From contig NC_043004.1 of assembly GCF_006345805.1 (NCBI RefSeq), positions 4,030,001 through 4,094,000 of the forward strand: DNA of 64,000 nt, in the 5' to 3' direction. The DNA is from Octopus sinensis (lineage: Eukaryota). Position numbers and translations under genes: made by a program. Positions 51,126 to 64,000 of the stretch are shown here, in pieces (within the stretch, counting starts at the first letter, position 1; the number at the start of each line of letters is the position of its first letter). A model generated the notes under the pieces. It saw only the letters and a program-made list of their open reading frames with translations, searched no databases and had not been told where the DNA came from.

Positions 51126-52559
51126 TTTCATCGGCATTTACTTGTACCAAAAAGCATTCTTTCGACAGACAAAACGTTGGTCTCATAAGCGTCACGTGGT
51201 GGAAATAAACGCAATTACCAAACTTTCTTTCATAAGACCATTTATTCTTTCTTTTTTATACATTTCAATTAGTACATTTGCACCCCCGACTGCATACAAG
51301 CGCAAATGTAAAACGACATCCTTTAATTTTTAATCATTATCTGCTGACATCAAAATAAGTAATATATTGAAAAATATTAATATTTTGTAGGCGTGGGTGG
51401 GGGTAGGATGCATTTGTGTCTCCAAGGGTCAAAAGGGGGCGTTTGGCCAAAATGGGCTGAGAATCTTTGGTGTAAATAACGAGTGTTACGTTAGAATTCG
51501 ATTCTGATTTCAAATCCTTTCATGAATGCTCGAAGACAGACGAGTTTGGCATCGCATTATTTACAATATCAATTCTCAGTGATATGGAAACCTACAACCA
51601 TTTGATAAGAAAAACAAAGCTTTTGTGCACCTGACATTTTGTTGTACCTGAGCTTGGTAGCACACCTGAGCTTGGTAGCACACCTGAACAGTGTATACAA
51701 TAAGTTCATTATTAGAGATATCTTCCATTCGGGAACGAAATATCACCGTTTCTTACTAATTACAAATAACATGAACTTAAAGATGTGGGGAATGAGTTAT
51801 CAAGTTTAAGTCTTTCTCGTGGCCTTCATCAATGTTAAAACAAAATGAATTCAAGCGCGAAGTGAAACCGGACGGTGATTTCGATTTACCTTGAACTTAC
51901 ATCTTGCTCTACACAGGTTCTCACATTCTAGAAAAGTAATACTGATGAAAGAAGGGTTTGTTGGAGGGGGGCTTTTTTCCTGATGTATATCGGTCAAATA
52001 GAATCTGTAGTTTTAATTCCCCTGCTTTAATAATAAAATGTAAGGAATCCTGTTTAGTCAGATAGAGAAAATGGGAAAGGTAATGGGTGAGAAGGACAAA
52101 TGGAAGGTAAAAACGACAAATGTAGCCAGAGGAAACAGGGGTGGGGTAAAAGATCCTAAAACTTCTACAGAGAGATTAGAGACAGATGCAGCTATCAGCT
52201 TAGAAAATAAAAATAAAAGAGAAATATTGTGTGGTAGAGAGAAAGAAATAAAATGTTAGAAAACTATAAAATTGTTCTCTTGTTAAAAACTTCCTTGCTT
52301 AAAATATTGTCTTTACCAAATGTCAGAGTTGAAATTTTAGTTTAATGTTACTTGTGATGGAAAGAGGTTCTTCATGATCCAATAATGGCAGTTGAGGATA
52401 ATTCCATTCAATTCAACATTGCAGCATATCAATTCTGTCATAGATATTCATGGAGAGAATGGTGCTCTTAACTAATATCTTTTTTACTTATATATTCGTG
52501 TTTCTAGTTATGGGTGTGAATATTCCTCCTCCGCAAGACGTACAAGCCTTTCTATATGT

Positions 52560-52577
52560 ATATATGTATGTATATAA

Positions 52578-52614
<37 letters not shown>

Positions 52615-52880
52615 TGTGTGTGTGTGTGTGTATGTTGATAATAGTTAAGGAACTTACTTTGTTGTCACACTTTTATCGTTGATATCTTTAACTCCATTAT
52701 ATCAGATTATCAGAATTACAATTTGAAAGTTAGAAGGTTTTTTAAGTAAAACATGATGGAAAACAAGTGGACTGGTACAGAATTATTTACATATGACGTT
52801 ACTTGGCCTTTTCGTTTGGTGCCACTACACACACAACCACACACACATGATATATATTATGTATAAATGTGTGTGTGTGT

Positions 52881-52935
<55 letters not shown>

Positions 52936-53150
52936 TGTGTGTGTGTGTGTGTGTATGTTGATAATAGTTAAGGAACTTACTTTGTTGTCACACTTTTATC
53001 GTTGATATCTTTAACTCCATTATATCAGATTATCAGAATTACAATTTGAAAGTTAGAAGGTTTTTTAAGTAAAACATGATGGAAAACAAGTGGACTGGTA
53101 CAGAATTATTTACATATGACGTTACTTGGCCTTTTCGTTTGGTTTTGAAC
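52560..53150. repeat. Local tandem duplication (~320-bp unit) with (TG)n
   Basis: 52631 aligns to 52954 with near identity over about 190 unique bp. Confidence 0.85.
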
Positions 53151-53169
53151 TACACCACACACACACACA

Positions 53170-53191
53170 CACATGCATATATATATGTATA

Positions 53192-53249
<58 letters not shown>

Positions 53250-53265
53250 CATATGTACATATGTA

Positions 53266-53310
<45 letters not shown>

Positions 53311-53332
53311 GTACATATGTATATATGTATAT

Positions 53333-53372
<40 letters not shown>

Positions 53373-53476
53373 GTACATATGTTATATGTAATATATATAT
53401 ATATATATATATATTACATATGTACATATGTATATATGTATATAATATATATAATATATACATATGTACATATGTA

Positions 53477-53537
<61 letters not shown>

Positions 53538-53752
53538 GTATATATGTATATATATATATACATATATACATATGTACATATGTATATATGTATATATATA
53601 TACATATATACATATGTACATATGTAAATATGTATATATATATATATGTGTGTGTATATTATATATATATATATATATACTAATATATATATATATATAT
53701 ATATATAGATATATATAATATATATATATATATAATATATATATATATATAT
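53170..53752. repeat. Compound (TA)n/TACATATG microsatellite
   Basis: Direct reading. Confidence 0.95.
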
Positions 53753-53753
53753 A

Positions 53754-54400
53754 CATTGGCCAAAACAAGTTTAAGACCGATGATGACAGTTCTATTCCTT
53801 CATTAATATATTTTAACAAAACTATATAAAATTATTTCACTTTTTACAGTTTATGTAGAATTTTTTCTCTTTCGAATGATATAGGAATTATATACCTTTC
53901 TAGAATTTGAATAATTTTAATGCGCGATTAATTCAAATGATTAGAAACTGTCGGCAAAATAAGTTTAAGACCGTACCAACATTATGCAAAATAATAAACC
54001 AAATGGGTGGTCATATGGCTGGTCGTACTTCACTGTTTTGTTTACTAATCGAACATTGTTACACATTAATTCGCTATGGGAAAGCATCGTAGTATCTGCC
54101 CAGTTGCTAGATCAAAGATCGTGTTGCTTCATCAGCAAAATGTGTCCTTTGTGAACATTAGCAAGCAATTAGGATGCTGCTTGTGTTCAAGCTTGGAAAC
54201 TTTACCAAGCCACTGGACAATACAAAGTTCGGCAAAGAATGGGTGCTCCGAGAAAAACAAAATTTGTTGTGGTCTCACTGAACTTTGTGATACTTCAAGT
54301 TCAGAAACAGTCCTAGAACATCTCAATAAATATTTTAAAATTTGTTGTTTTTTTATAAATTTTACAAATCATAATTTTATTAAAGGCTTTTAATTTTTTC
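53754..54400 (+). mobile_element. Tc1-like transposon 5' fragment
   Basis: TA then CATTGGCCAAAACAAGTTTAAGACC; internal repeat AAGTTTAAGACC near 53960; MGKHRSICPVARSKIVLLHQQNVSFVNISKQLGC resembles a Tc1 N-terminal HTH; right TIR not found. Confidence 0.6.
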
Positions 54401-55324
54401 AAAAGTGATCTATGTCTACTATTAAGCATTTATTTCAAAACTGAAGCACTTTTTATTAATGTCTCGAGGCCACAAAAATAATTAGTTTCCATGCGCGGCG
54501 GAGTTATGAGTAAAGAAAGGCTGAAAATCACTGACATAGGATATGTTGTACATTCAACGCTCAAAGATATAATGTTTCCCCTTAGAATGATACCAGTTTA
54601 TGACGCTGTAAAGTCACTGAGAGTTTAGTATTATTACCAAGGTCACCGTAGAGATCACTGACGAACTCAAAACAATCCCCGTTTCGGTCAGCAGTCAGTC
54701 ATCTTCCCATCCTGTCCACCTTTAAACTGAATTGTTTTCATATCAGGACAGGTAGAATATGTACCAGGCTTGAAACAAAATAAATACTGAGGTCGATTCA
54801 AGGCGATGCCCCTACATGTCTGCAATCTAATGACTGATAAAAGTAACAGATAAAATATTTTTTAAATCACCGAAACTGATAAAATACAGTTCGTAGGGAG
54901 AAGACACCGTTTAAAAGAATTTCTATCAAAAACTTATTAAAATATAGAAATAAATAATGAAAATGCCAAGAGGGAAGAATCGAATCAGATTAAAATACCG
55001 AAAACAGTTTGTGAATGTCTTGTTGTTTTGAAAGTCTATTGTCGCGGAATGGGCGTGTCAAAACTGGCAGAACCTTCATTCAGCGTTTACTTTCGCAAAG
55101 CAAAGCGAGATGTGGATGATGGTAGCAAGTAATTAGGAATAATCTAGTGGACAGGATACTAATTGGTGATGGTAGCAAGAGGATGAGGAAAAGAGAGAAG
55201 GATAACCAATAGGATGAATAAGGGTGTGAAATGGATGGGAAAATGCGCACGCACACGCACACACACATACACATATACATATATACATTGACACAAATAT
55301 CATAAGATCTTCAATAGAAACACA

Positions 55325-56296
55325 GATAAAGTTAGCTATAGTTGCCGCCCCAATATAGGACCGATAATACTAAACCACAATAAAAATAAATCCACAAGGA
55401 ATACCTTTGAAAGACACTGTAACTATAAATCCCCGAACTGTTGTCCTCTAAATAACATCTGTCTGGAAAAAGATCCTATATACAAGGCCAAATCATTGAT
55501 CCCAACAGAGTAGCAAAGGCATATCGGAATGACGGGTAACTCATTCAAGGAAAAATACACACAACATCTGACATCATTCAAGGACAAAAATAAAAGTTAT
55601 GCGACATCCCTATCCAATATGATATGGGCATTGAAAGAAGGAAGAGCAAGCATAATTACTAAAGCTAGAAAATACAGGGTACAGGGAACCAAATGTGAGC
55701 TGTGTGTTACTGAAAAGCTGAACATCGTTCAGTCAAAAGATAACATCCTAAACACACATTGCATACACAAGCAATATCTTATACTCCGACACTTCAAAGA
55801 GGAACCACTATCTGTGCCGCTAACTGCACCAGCATAGTTTCCTTCCCTAAACGTGAACATTGAATATATATAACACACGAACTCCATACATAGAAGATAT
55901 AAGCCTCATTGATGAACTTCCCCAACACACAAACATACGAACATTGCACAAAACCAGAATAGAATTTAATATGATGTAAACAAATTCATCATCCAGCACA
56001 GATATTTCCCAAAAGTCAAAACCAAGGGAGATAATCACTCAAAAGATATCAACAAAGAGTAGTGCACCTTGATTTCTTGTTTTCTTCACGAGACTTCATT
56101 GGGAATTCCCGTGAACTTTCATGTTTTCGAAGATGGAGACGAACACCATTCCTCCATGGGATCGGCTTGAAAAAATTTTTAAGATGTTAAGATATTTTCT
56201 TAACATGAAACCAATGACAGCCTTAATACACAAATAAAGAAATTTTATCCACCAATGCGGTGTTGAGCACTCTTTCTCATCGTTCGAGACATTTAG
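55325..56296 (+). mobile_element. Penelope-like element 3' fragment PLE-4 (GIY-YIG of a different subtype)
   Basis: KVSYSCRPNIG..NHNK; CNYKSPNCCPLNNICL; PIYKA; HIGMTGNSFKEKYTQHLTSFK; KCELCVTEKL; one internal stop. Confidence 0.8.
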
Positions 56297-56327
56297 GTGT
56301 GTATATGTATATATATATATATATATT

Positions 56328-56384
<57 letters not shown>

Positions 56385-57399
56385 CGTATGTACCTGTGTA
56401 TATATATTTGTGTATATGTATGCATTCATGTGTGTGTGTGTGTTTGTATTAATTTTTATTCTTCCAAACGACTCCAACACATATGTATCAATGTCAAAAG
56501 AAAATTATTTTAATGTAAAATATTCTTGTTATAAAATTTCATTCTTGGGAAGGAAACACAATGTAACGAAAGAAGGGAAATAAAAACATTCTTTATATTC
56601 AGGAGAAAGTTTATACATATCTTGGAGGAGAGTTATATGAATTAGTGCCAAAATCATACAAAGAAAATAATCGATATTGCAGAACGGGAGCCATATTTGT
56701 GCACGGCTAACATTAGAAGCAAATGAATTTAGTTATATCTAATAGAACAGGTTGTTAGTTTGTTCATTATTTATAAAAACGGTTAATTCTTACTGCCAAG
56801 CCACTGGACAAATCGTATTTATGAATCTATACAAGAAAATATATTCCATCTCCTCACACGCTTCATTTTCCTACATTAATAATGTATTTCTATTGCTCAG
56901 GGCAAGATGACGAACCAGCAACATGTCTCGTTTCTTCAAATGTTATCCGCATTGCTTTATTTTTTTCTTTTTTCATTCCTGTTGATTCTTTTAGCAGAGT
57001 CCTTGTTTCATGCTTTTTACAGAAGCACTCTAGAGATAATTCACCATGAAAACTATATATTATGATTACAGTTAATATGGCAGAAAGCAATAACCTGATA
57101 GAGTAGAAATATTCCCGTTTAGTGCATATAACAACAATCCCATCTTTTTGCCTTCCGTAGTTTTACTTCTCAACATAGTCTTTCCTGAAATCTGGTGATT
57201 ATATAGAATTATACATATTATATATATATATGATTTCATATCATATATACACCATATATTATTCATATAATTATGTGTGTGTAATTAAATATTATATGCA
57301 TTTATATATAAAATATATATATGTGATATATATTTATATATTAATAATATAAGGGTAGAGAAAATAGAAATAAGCGGTCTTTGACTGTTATTTCTAATT

Positions 57400-57650
57400 T
57401 TTCGGTATGTGGCTAAGCAACTTGTTGCTTGCCCTTTATATATACATATAGAACGCCATGATGAACCGTTAGCTCCTACACGCATTTTTTTCTCTCCTTG
57501 TTTCTTTTCTGTGTATCTTTCTGTCGCAGAGCGTAGGCTCGAAACGTAAAAGACTTGTTCTATTTCTATTCCTGAGCGCCATACTAATACATTTGCTTGT
57601 TTGTACTCCACCTGCCTTCGTCTTTTGTTTATTTTCGTAAACCTTCCCGA
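57400..57650 (+). repeat. Solo pLTR of the PLE-3 family with HHR-like motif
   Basis: Aligns to 35100-35318; TCTTT-CTGTCGC-A-GAGC GTAG GCTC-GAAACGT-A-AAAGA at 57516-57553. Confidence 0.65.
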
Positions 57651-58993
57651 TATATATATATTTCCTTAGCGCCTAATAATACTTTAATTGTTCCACCTCT
57701 TTGCGTTGTTGTCTTTTTTGTTTTCTTCTTTGGATTAACTTTATATTTATATAAGGGCATACATTATATATATATATATATATATATATTGTATATATGA
57801 CATTATGTATAATAATATATTTTACATAGAATTATCAATTATACAGAACTGATTTTTTTGTCCGGGTGTTTTATACCGTTTGCAATAGTTTTATTCTAAG
57901 AGATCTTATGACAATTAAACGAACCAGCGAGGGCGCTTCTAGGTAACCGCAGGACCTGTCAGACATAGCAGCCAAGTTTTCCTCAAGCTACATCTGACCA
58001 ACTTAAAAACGAATGGACACATTACATAATACTGTCCTGGATATATTGCTTGGAAATAAGACAGGGTGGTCATATCTGGAAGGCTTTGATCATAGTCTGC
58101 TTGTTCAAAGTTGACCTGACACTATAAAACAACAACAACAATAACTGTGGTTAAACTAAAGTCTTGAGGGGAATAAAACCTGTTGGTAAAGAATCTGGCC
58201 GAAGGGACTTGAAAGACTGAATCTTCACTGACACATCAGTGTTGAATGGGATAAGCATATCTAACTTTAGTACAGAGTTACAAAATCCTAAGGAATAAAC
58301 CCTAATTCATTACTGGTATCTAGTTTATTGATCTTAGATGAGTGGACCCAGAGATCAAAATGATTTCTAAATTTGACACAAGTCTGCAATTTTTTGTGGA
58401 ATGAGTACAAGTGATTAACATCAGAAGAGTACAGGTAATTTATAGGACACCAGAGGAGTATAGGTGATTCCTTAGATTTTGTAACTTTTTACTGAACTTA
58501 AATACCATCATTTTCAGCAGTGTGGAGTCGCTGAAGATTAGGTCTTTGAATTCCCTTTCGCGCGGGTTTTAATTACCACAAGTCCTCAAGTGTTTGAATT
58601 CATGCCAGAGGAGGTGTTGACACCAGAAGCGTATTGATAAATGAATTTTGTTTTGTGGAGCTCACACAAAATCCAAAAGAATGTACCAAAATTCAACACT
58701 CTACCAATTCTAGCGTCTTCTGCTGTTGATTATTTCTGACAGGTTCAAAATACAGGTGAGAGAACAATAGTCTTTATTGACCACAATACTTGAATGACAC
58801 TTTATTGACCCCGGATGAAAAGCAAAATCAATCGCGACGGGGTTTGAACTCATAGCGTTAACGGACGTAACTAACTTTTAAGTTATGTTTGCAGATTATA
58901 TCGCACTGCTAACACAAGTAAGACACAGTATTGACTTAAAAGCCTTTGGCTTATGATTTCTAAATGAAATACGGTGTCCCTACCAGCAATTAA

Positions 58994-59182
58994 CCCTTTT
59001 GTTACCATATTTCTGTTGAAATGCTCTGTTTTTCTTTCAATTATTTTAAATATAACAAAGAATTTAGTTAAATAACTTCGTTGTCATTAAGCTGGTGTTA
59101 GGAAAATAAATTGCGTATAAGATTTGGTGGAACATCTGAAAACAAGCCAGAGCCGGTTTCAGCCGGGTTGGTAACGAAGGGG
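58994..59182. mobile_element. piggyBac-like MITE
   Basis: TTAA at 58990-58993 and 59183-59186; TIRs CCCTTTTGTTACC / GGTAACGAAGGGG. Confidence 0.75.
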
Positions 59183-59800
59183 TTAATAAGACTAAATATC
59201 ACAATATCGTTCCCTACTCTACAAATCCATCAGTCCATTGCCTTGAATGTCCACACCCTTGTAACAATGACACGGTTTAACGAACTCCGTACCTGTTACT
59301 ACCTCTTTACCTTACAGTACAAACACTGATGTAGATTCTTCTTCCACTGATGACTGACTAAATATGTACCACTATTATAGGCAAATAAGCGAATACTTCC
59401 GGATAGAAATGACTTTTGAACCCTGAAATATTATCACATATACTGCAACAATGTCCCATTTCAGAATCCTCTTCATTTTCCTATTGTTTATTAGGAATGT
59501 TCAAGTGCGGCTTCAATTCTTCACAGGGCATACATTGAAACTAATATACATATATGATTTTGATTTTGATTTTGATTTTTCCAGTTTCAGCTAATGAGCT
59601 GTGGCCATGCTGGGGCACCGCTATTTGGTTTGCTACACGATTTTACCTCACGGATGCTTTTAGCAAACGCCATCTGATGCATGAGAGAGTCCGATGCAGC
59701 TGCCCTCATCTGCACCTCCTGCCGTGAAGTTGGTTCATCCGGGACACTGACAGGAAGAGATCCAGTCCTACTTTAAAGACATCCGCATCTACACCATGTA

Positions 59801-59937
<137 letters not shown>

Positions 59938-60003
59938 CATATATGTATGTGTATATATATTTATATATATATATATACTCATATATGTATGTGTGCATAT
60001 ATA

Positions 60004-60038
<35 letters not shown>

Positions 60039-60536
60039 GGTTAGCCGAGTTAGAATTTGAAATAACCGTCTGAGGGATAAAAGTATCCATTATGCTACCG
60101 GTATAATTACCTATGTTTAACCATGGGCAAATAAGTTATGCTCATAAATTTTAGGTAAAGACAACGATAAACAGGAGTTTATCAGGAATCAAAATTGAAA
60201 GAAAACAGAAAATGGAGATAATATTGATTAACAACAATTGATTAGCATCAATTATTATTTGTTAATTACTTACAAAAAGACAGCTTACCATCTTATAGCT
60301 GTTTCTGTTGCCAATGTTCTTCGGTATCACTATTATTAATGCTAAAAATATATACCATGGTTGGTAATAAAACCGATTTGAATCATGGAGCTTCATCAGA
60401 ATGGAAAATAGATAAATAAATAAAAAGAAGAGACCTTTGGGCGCTAACTAAATGACTAAACTTATAAAGGGGAATTTGGTTGGAAAGTCCTATATACGGG
60501 GGGCATAAGTTGAATATATATATATATATACCTACT

Positions 60537-60765
60537 TCTTTACTACCCACAAAGGGCTAAACACAGAAGGTACAAACAAGGACAGACAAACGGATTAAGT
60601 CGATTATATCGACCCCAGTGCGTAACTGGTACTTATTTAATCGACCCCGAAAGGATGAAAGGCAAAGTCGACCTCGGCGGAATTTGAACTCAGAACGTAG
60701 CGGCAAACGAAATATCGCAAAGCATTTCGCCCGGCGTGCTAACGTTTCTGCCAGCTCGCCGCCTT
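60537..60765 (-). mobile_element. tRNA-derived SINE (family A), full length
   Basis: Reverse complement of the 18481-18706 type. Confidence 0.9.
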
Positions 60766-60779
60766 TATATATATATATA

Positions 60780-61264
60780 CCGTAATCCCTCACCATATCG
60801 CAGTTCACTTATCGCGTACTCAGTACATCGCGGATTTTTCTGGCTAATATATGTAAATTTATATGGCGGACTTCTCAGTATATCGCGGGGTTCTACAGCC
60901 AATAGATATTTATATTTTTTTTACATTTTAATTATTTCTGTGGTAAAATGAGAATTTCCGCGCTTAAAAATTAATAAATAAATTAATAATAATGCAGTAC
61001 AGTGCTGCACACCGTGTAACATATTAATTAAAATATATTAAAAGGAAATAAGTAGTGTACCGTAGATGAGTAAACAAAGAATCGCTTATACTGTATGGAA
61101 AAGAAACTCGGGAGGCGAGTGTGTGGGGTTGTTTTGCATTTATAATCAAATAAATACATACAAATCATAAAAATATATACAGTACAGTACTGTTTCTACT
61201 TCGTGGATTTTCACCTGTCTCGGGAGGTTTGGAACGTAACACCTGCAATAGTCGAGGATTACTG
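60780..61264. mobile_element. Tigger/pogo-type MITE
   Basis: TA-CCGTAATCCCTC..TATCGC ... GCAATAGTCGAGGATTACTG-TA. Confidence 0.7.
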
Positions 61265-61296
61265 TATGTGTATGTGTATGTATATATATATATATA

Positions 61297-61371
<75 letters not shown>

Positions 61372-62008
61372 ACAATAATAAATCCCTGAGCGAGGTATAC
61401 ACAGTAGCTGCACGACATCGTGAGGTATATTTACCACTTAAATGTAGCTAACCCTTAAGGGTGGATGCTACTGTGGCTTGTAGCCCCAGGAGGAAACCTC
61501 CTCCAGCTGGCTATTGACCTCTCCGTTTTTTACATTCTCCAGTCCACTCAGCTGGAAAAAATGAGTAACGCTGCGTTGGACTGGCGTCCCATCCAGCTGG
61601 GGAACACATACGCCATAGAAACCGGGAAAGCGGGCCCATGAGCCTGGCTAGGCTTTAAAAGGGCGCATTTATTTTTATTTTTTTATTTAGACTTTGGGTA
61701 TATGTCTATAAGTATGTCGATTGAAGCACATTCACTGTTTGGACTGTCTGAGGTCATCCACAGTTCATCCACAGTAATGATATAATTTCAACTGGATCGA
61801 CGTCAGGAAATCCGCGGTGTTTATTAAGTTTATAATTGAATAAGAAAACGGAAGATGGATTTAGTATGAATCTTTATTCAGCATGACGATCGATTCAACA
61901 CATCTTGCATCTGTCCTGCAGGGAATTGTGCATCTTGTTGCGTTGCACCAATCAGTGCTTGATGTAGAAATATATCTCGCTAGATATGCTGAGATCTCCC
62001 TGGCATGT

Positions 62009-62041
<33 letters not shown>

Positions 62042-62169
62042 AAACTTACTTGGAAATGGATGTGTTCGATAATATAATAATATAAATAATATATAAATAA
62101 ATGCATATATAAATACATATATGTACATACCTACAAATATATATAAATATATATGTATATATAATTGCA

Positions 62170-62905
62170 TATATGGGTACAGGACTTCAAAAATACGTGA
62201 ACAAAATGAGAAACGGGAACATAAAAAGCAAAAACATAGAAAACGAACTTTTTTCGAACAACGAAAGAAACAAATAGAGAAACGAGACAGGCAACATTTA
62301 AGAACATTGCCTTCATCAGTTATCCCCTGTTTTATCTACTCCGCGTTTTGAAGGTAGGGACAAGACGCGACTTCGTTAAAGCAGTCCTTCCCGCAAAGCA
62401 AATTAAATAAAATCTGGGGTTTTTTGCGGAGGATTAAAGTGGTAACAAAAACAGAATAGTTAGAACAAAACAGTAAGGACAAACGGTGAGGACTGTTAAG
62501 CCAAGACGAGGTGAAGTGGTGAACGCTGAAAAAATGAGCTTTGAAAAGAGACGGGCAAAAGTACGTCTTGTCTTTAGGGTGGGATATATATATATATATA
62601 CAGAAAAAGAAAGAGAAAGAGAGAGAGAGACCAAAGTGTACGTACGCCGCTATATTTTTATATATAAAAAATATAAAAATGGGACAAGAACGCAAAATAT
62701 CCAGACAGGTGATACAAAAAACGGACAACAAAACATCCAGATAGACAATACAAAGAAAACAAGGACTGGTCATTCGGAGTTTTCTTTCCTCAGTCGAGTT
62801 CCAGATTATCTTTGCAATTTCGGCTGGTTATACTCGAGATTGCTCCAATCTGGCCATCCCCAAGGAAAAACTAAGCTAAGAGCACTAGATTCCTTGGAAG
62901 AAAGC
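62170..62905. repeat. PLE-terminus-like repeat cluster
   Basis: 62170-62400 resembles the reverse complement of 3630-3900 and 17850-18030; 62760-62900 resembles 2985-3110. Confidence 0.45.
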
Positions 62906-63957
62906 AGCGAATGTATACGAAAACAAGGATGAAAAAAAAACGGAGATATGGTACACAATTACAAATAACAGGACATTAACAACGGGTGTCTTTCGACTAA
63001 AGACGAATTAGGTTAAGCTGGCGTGTGTAGAAGTAAAGCCTTACGGCAAGGACATAAGATTTGACAGGCACAGAAAGGAATATAGATGTTGCACGGATGC
63101 TACACATAAATAATGTTAAAATACACATAAATAATTGATTTTATACATTTCCTGAGGCTTGCAAATATTTTGGTTACGCATATGTGGGATTTAGCTTCAT
63201 TGTTCGATCTTAATCGATCTATTCATGTTCGATTGACTAAAAAAGTAGCGAATAATAAGCCATCGCCATCCTCTTCAGAGCCACAATGGCCTGACTTCAT
63301 TGATCCACCCAACCCACCTTATCGCCTTTACCTCAATGCTTATCTCTTCCGACTTTTTTGTTCGCTCAGTTAACATCCTTGACTGACTTATCGTCTGCTT
63401 AACATTATCTTTACCTCCAGTGACGAAACCTTTCACTAGGCTGGTTTTACCTTTATATCTTCCACTTCTCTTTTCTTCTCTCGGGTTCTTCGGTTCAATC
63501 TTTCTTCTTTTCTTCTTAGATGTTGTCCTTCCTCCTCTTTGCCACACCTCTGCTCTCGTTCTGCTTTCTTTTTCTCTTTAACCGTTTATTTTTGCTAACG
63601 TTACTACGGAAACAGCATTTGCCAATCTTCTCTTGATGGGAACCGAACTTATTGCTATTTCTTCCTGTGACTTGTTACCGGTTAAAATTCCTGACTTTTT
63701 GCACGTTTCGTCTACAGTTTATGATTAATATGATTATTACAAAACTCTGGGCTTCCTGAAACAGGTGTCGAGTTATGAAATTATATATTTTCTTATTTTG
63801 CAGTTTTATCCTGCATCTTTTATGCTCCATGTAAATATATTTATATCAAGCCTGTGCTTCTCTCCATTATTACCTCTTTCACTCTTTCTTTCTCTCTCTC
63901 TCTCTCCCAATGTATACATACATATATATAGATATATATATATATTATATATATATA

Positions 63958-63995
<38 letters not shown>

Positions 63996-64000
63996 TATAT

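Noticed and set aside
51630-51690. Cluster of CACCTG E-box-like sites
   Set aside because: Explained by a short ~18-bp tandem duplication; no evidence of regulatory function
52560-53150. ~320-bp tandem duplication as another ribozyme array
   Set aside because: No CTGANGA..GAAA arrangement found on either strand; consistent with microsatellite-mediated duplication or an assembly artefact
59311-59422. Possible minus-strand host exon (TTTCAG..AAG|GTAAAG; VQKSFLSGSIRLFAYNSGTYLVSHQWKKNLHQCLYCK)
   Set aside because: A 37-codon open frame with plausible splice sites can arise by chance; no recognisable domain or partner exons. RNA-seq or tBLASTn would be needed

Overview
AT-rich animal genomic DNA with no recognisable host protein-coding exon, rRNA, true tRNA gene or CRISPR array. 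The SINE families and microsatellite load resemble Octopus as I recall it (inference, not a database match). The window is almost entirely repeats: microsatellites (which generate most of the ORF track), three tRNA-derived SINE families, R4/Dong-like LINE fragments with restriction-like endonuclease, Tc1/mariner/pogo and piggyBac-like MITEs, and four Penelope-like elements (PLEs; RT + GIY-YIG). The most interesting signal is a dense set of hammerhead-ribozyme (HHR) motifs. Two ORF-less head-to-tail arrays carry one canonical-core type I HHR per unit: about 533 bp x2.7 at 47372-48828 and 351 bp x2.3 plus an inverted piece at 6137-7126. They look like retrozymes or non-autonomous PLE derivatives that could release unit-length, possibly circular, RNAs. 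PLE termini also carry variant HHR cores, including a compensatory U3-A8 core. All folding was done by eye; ribozyme activity and expression are untested. Most feature boundaries are approximate.
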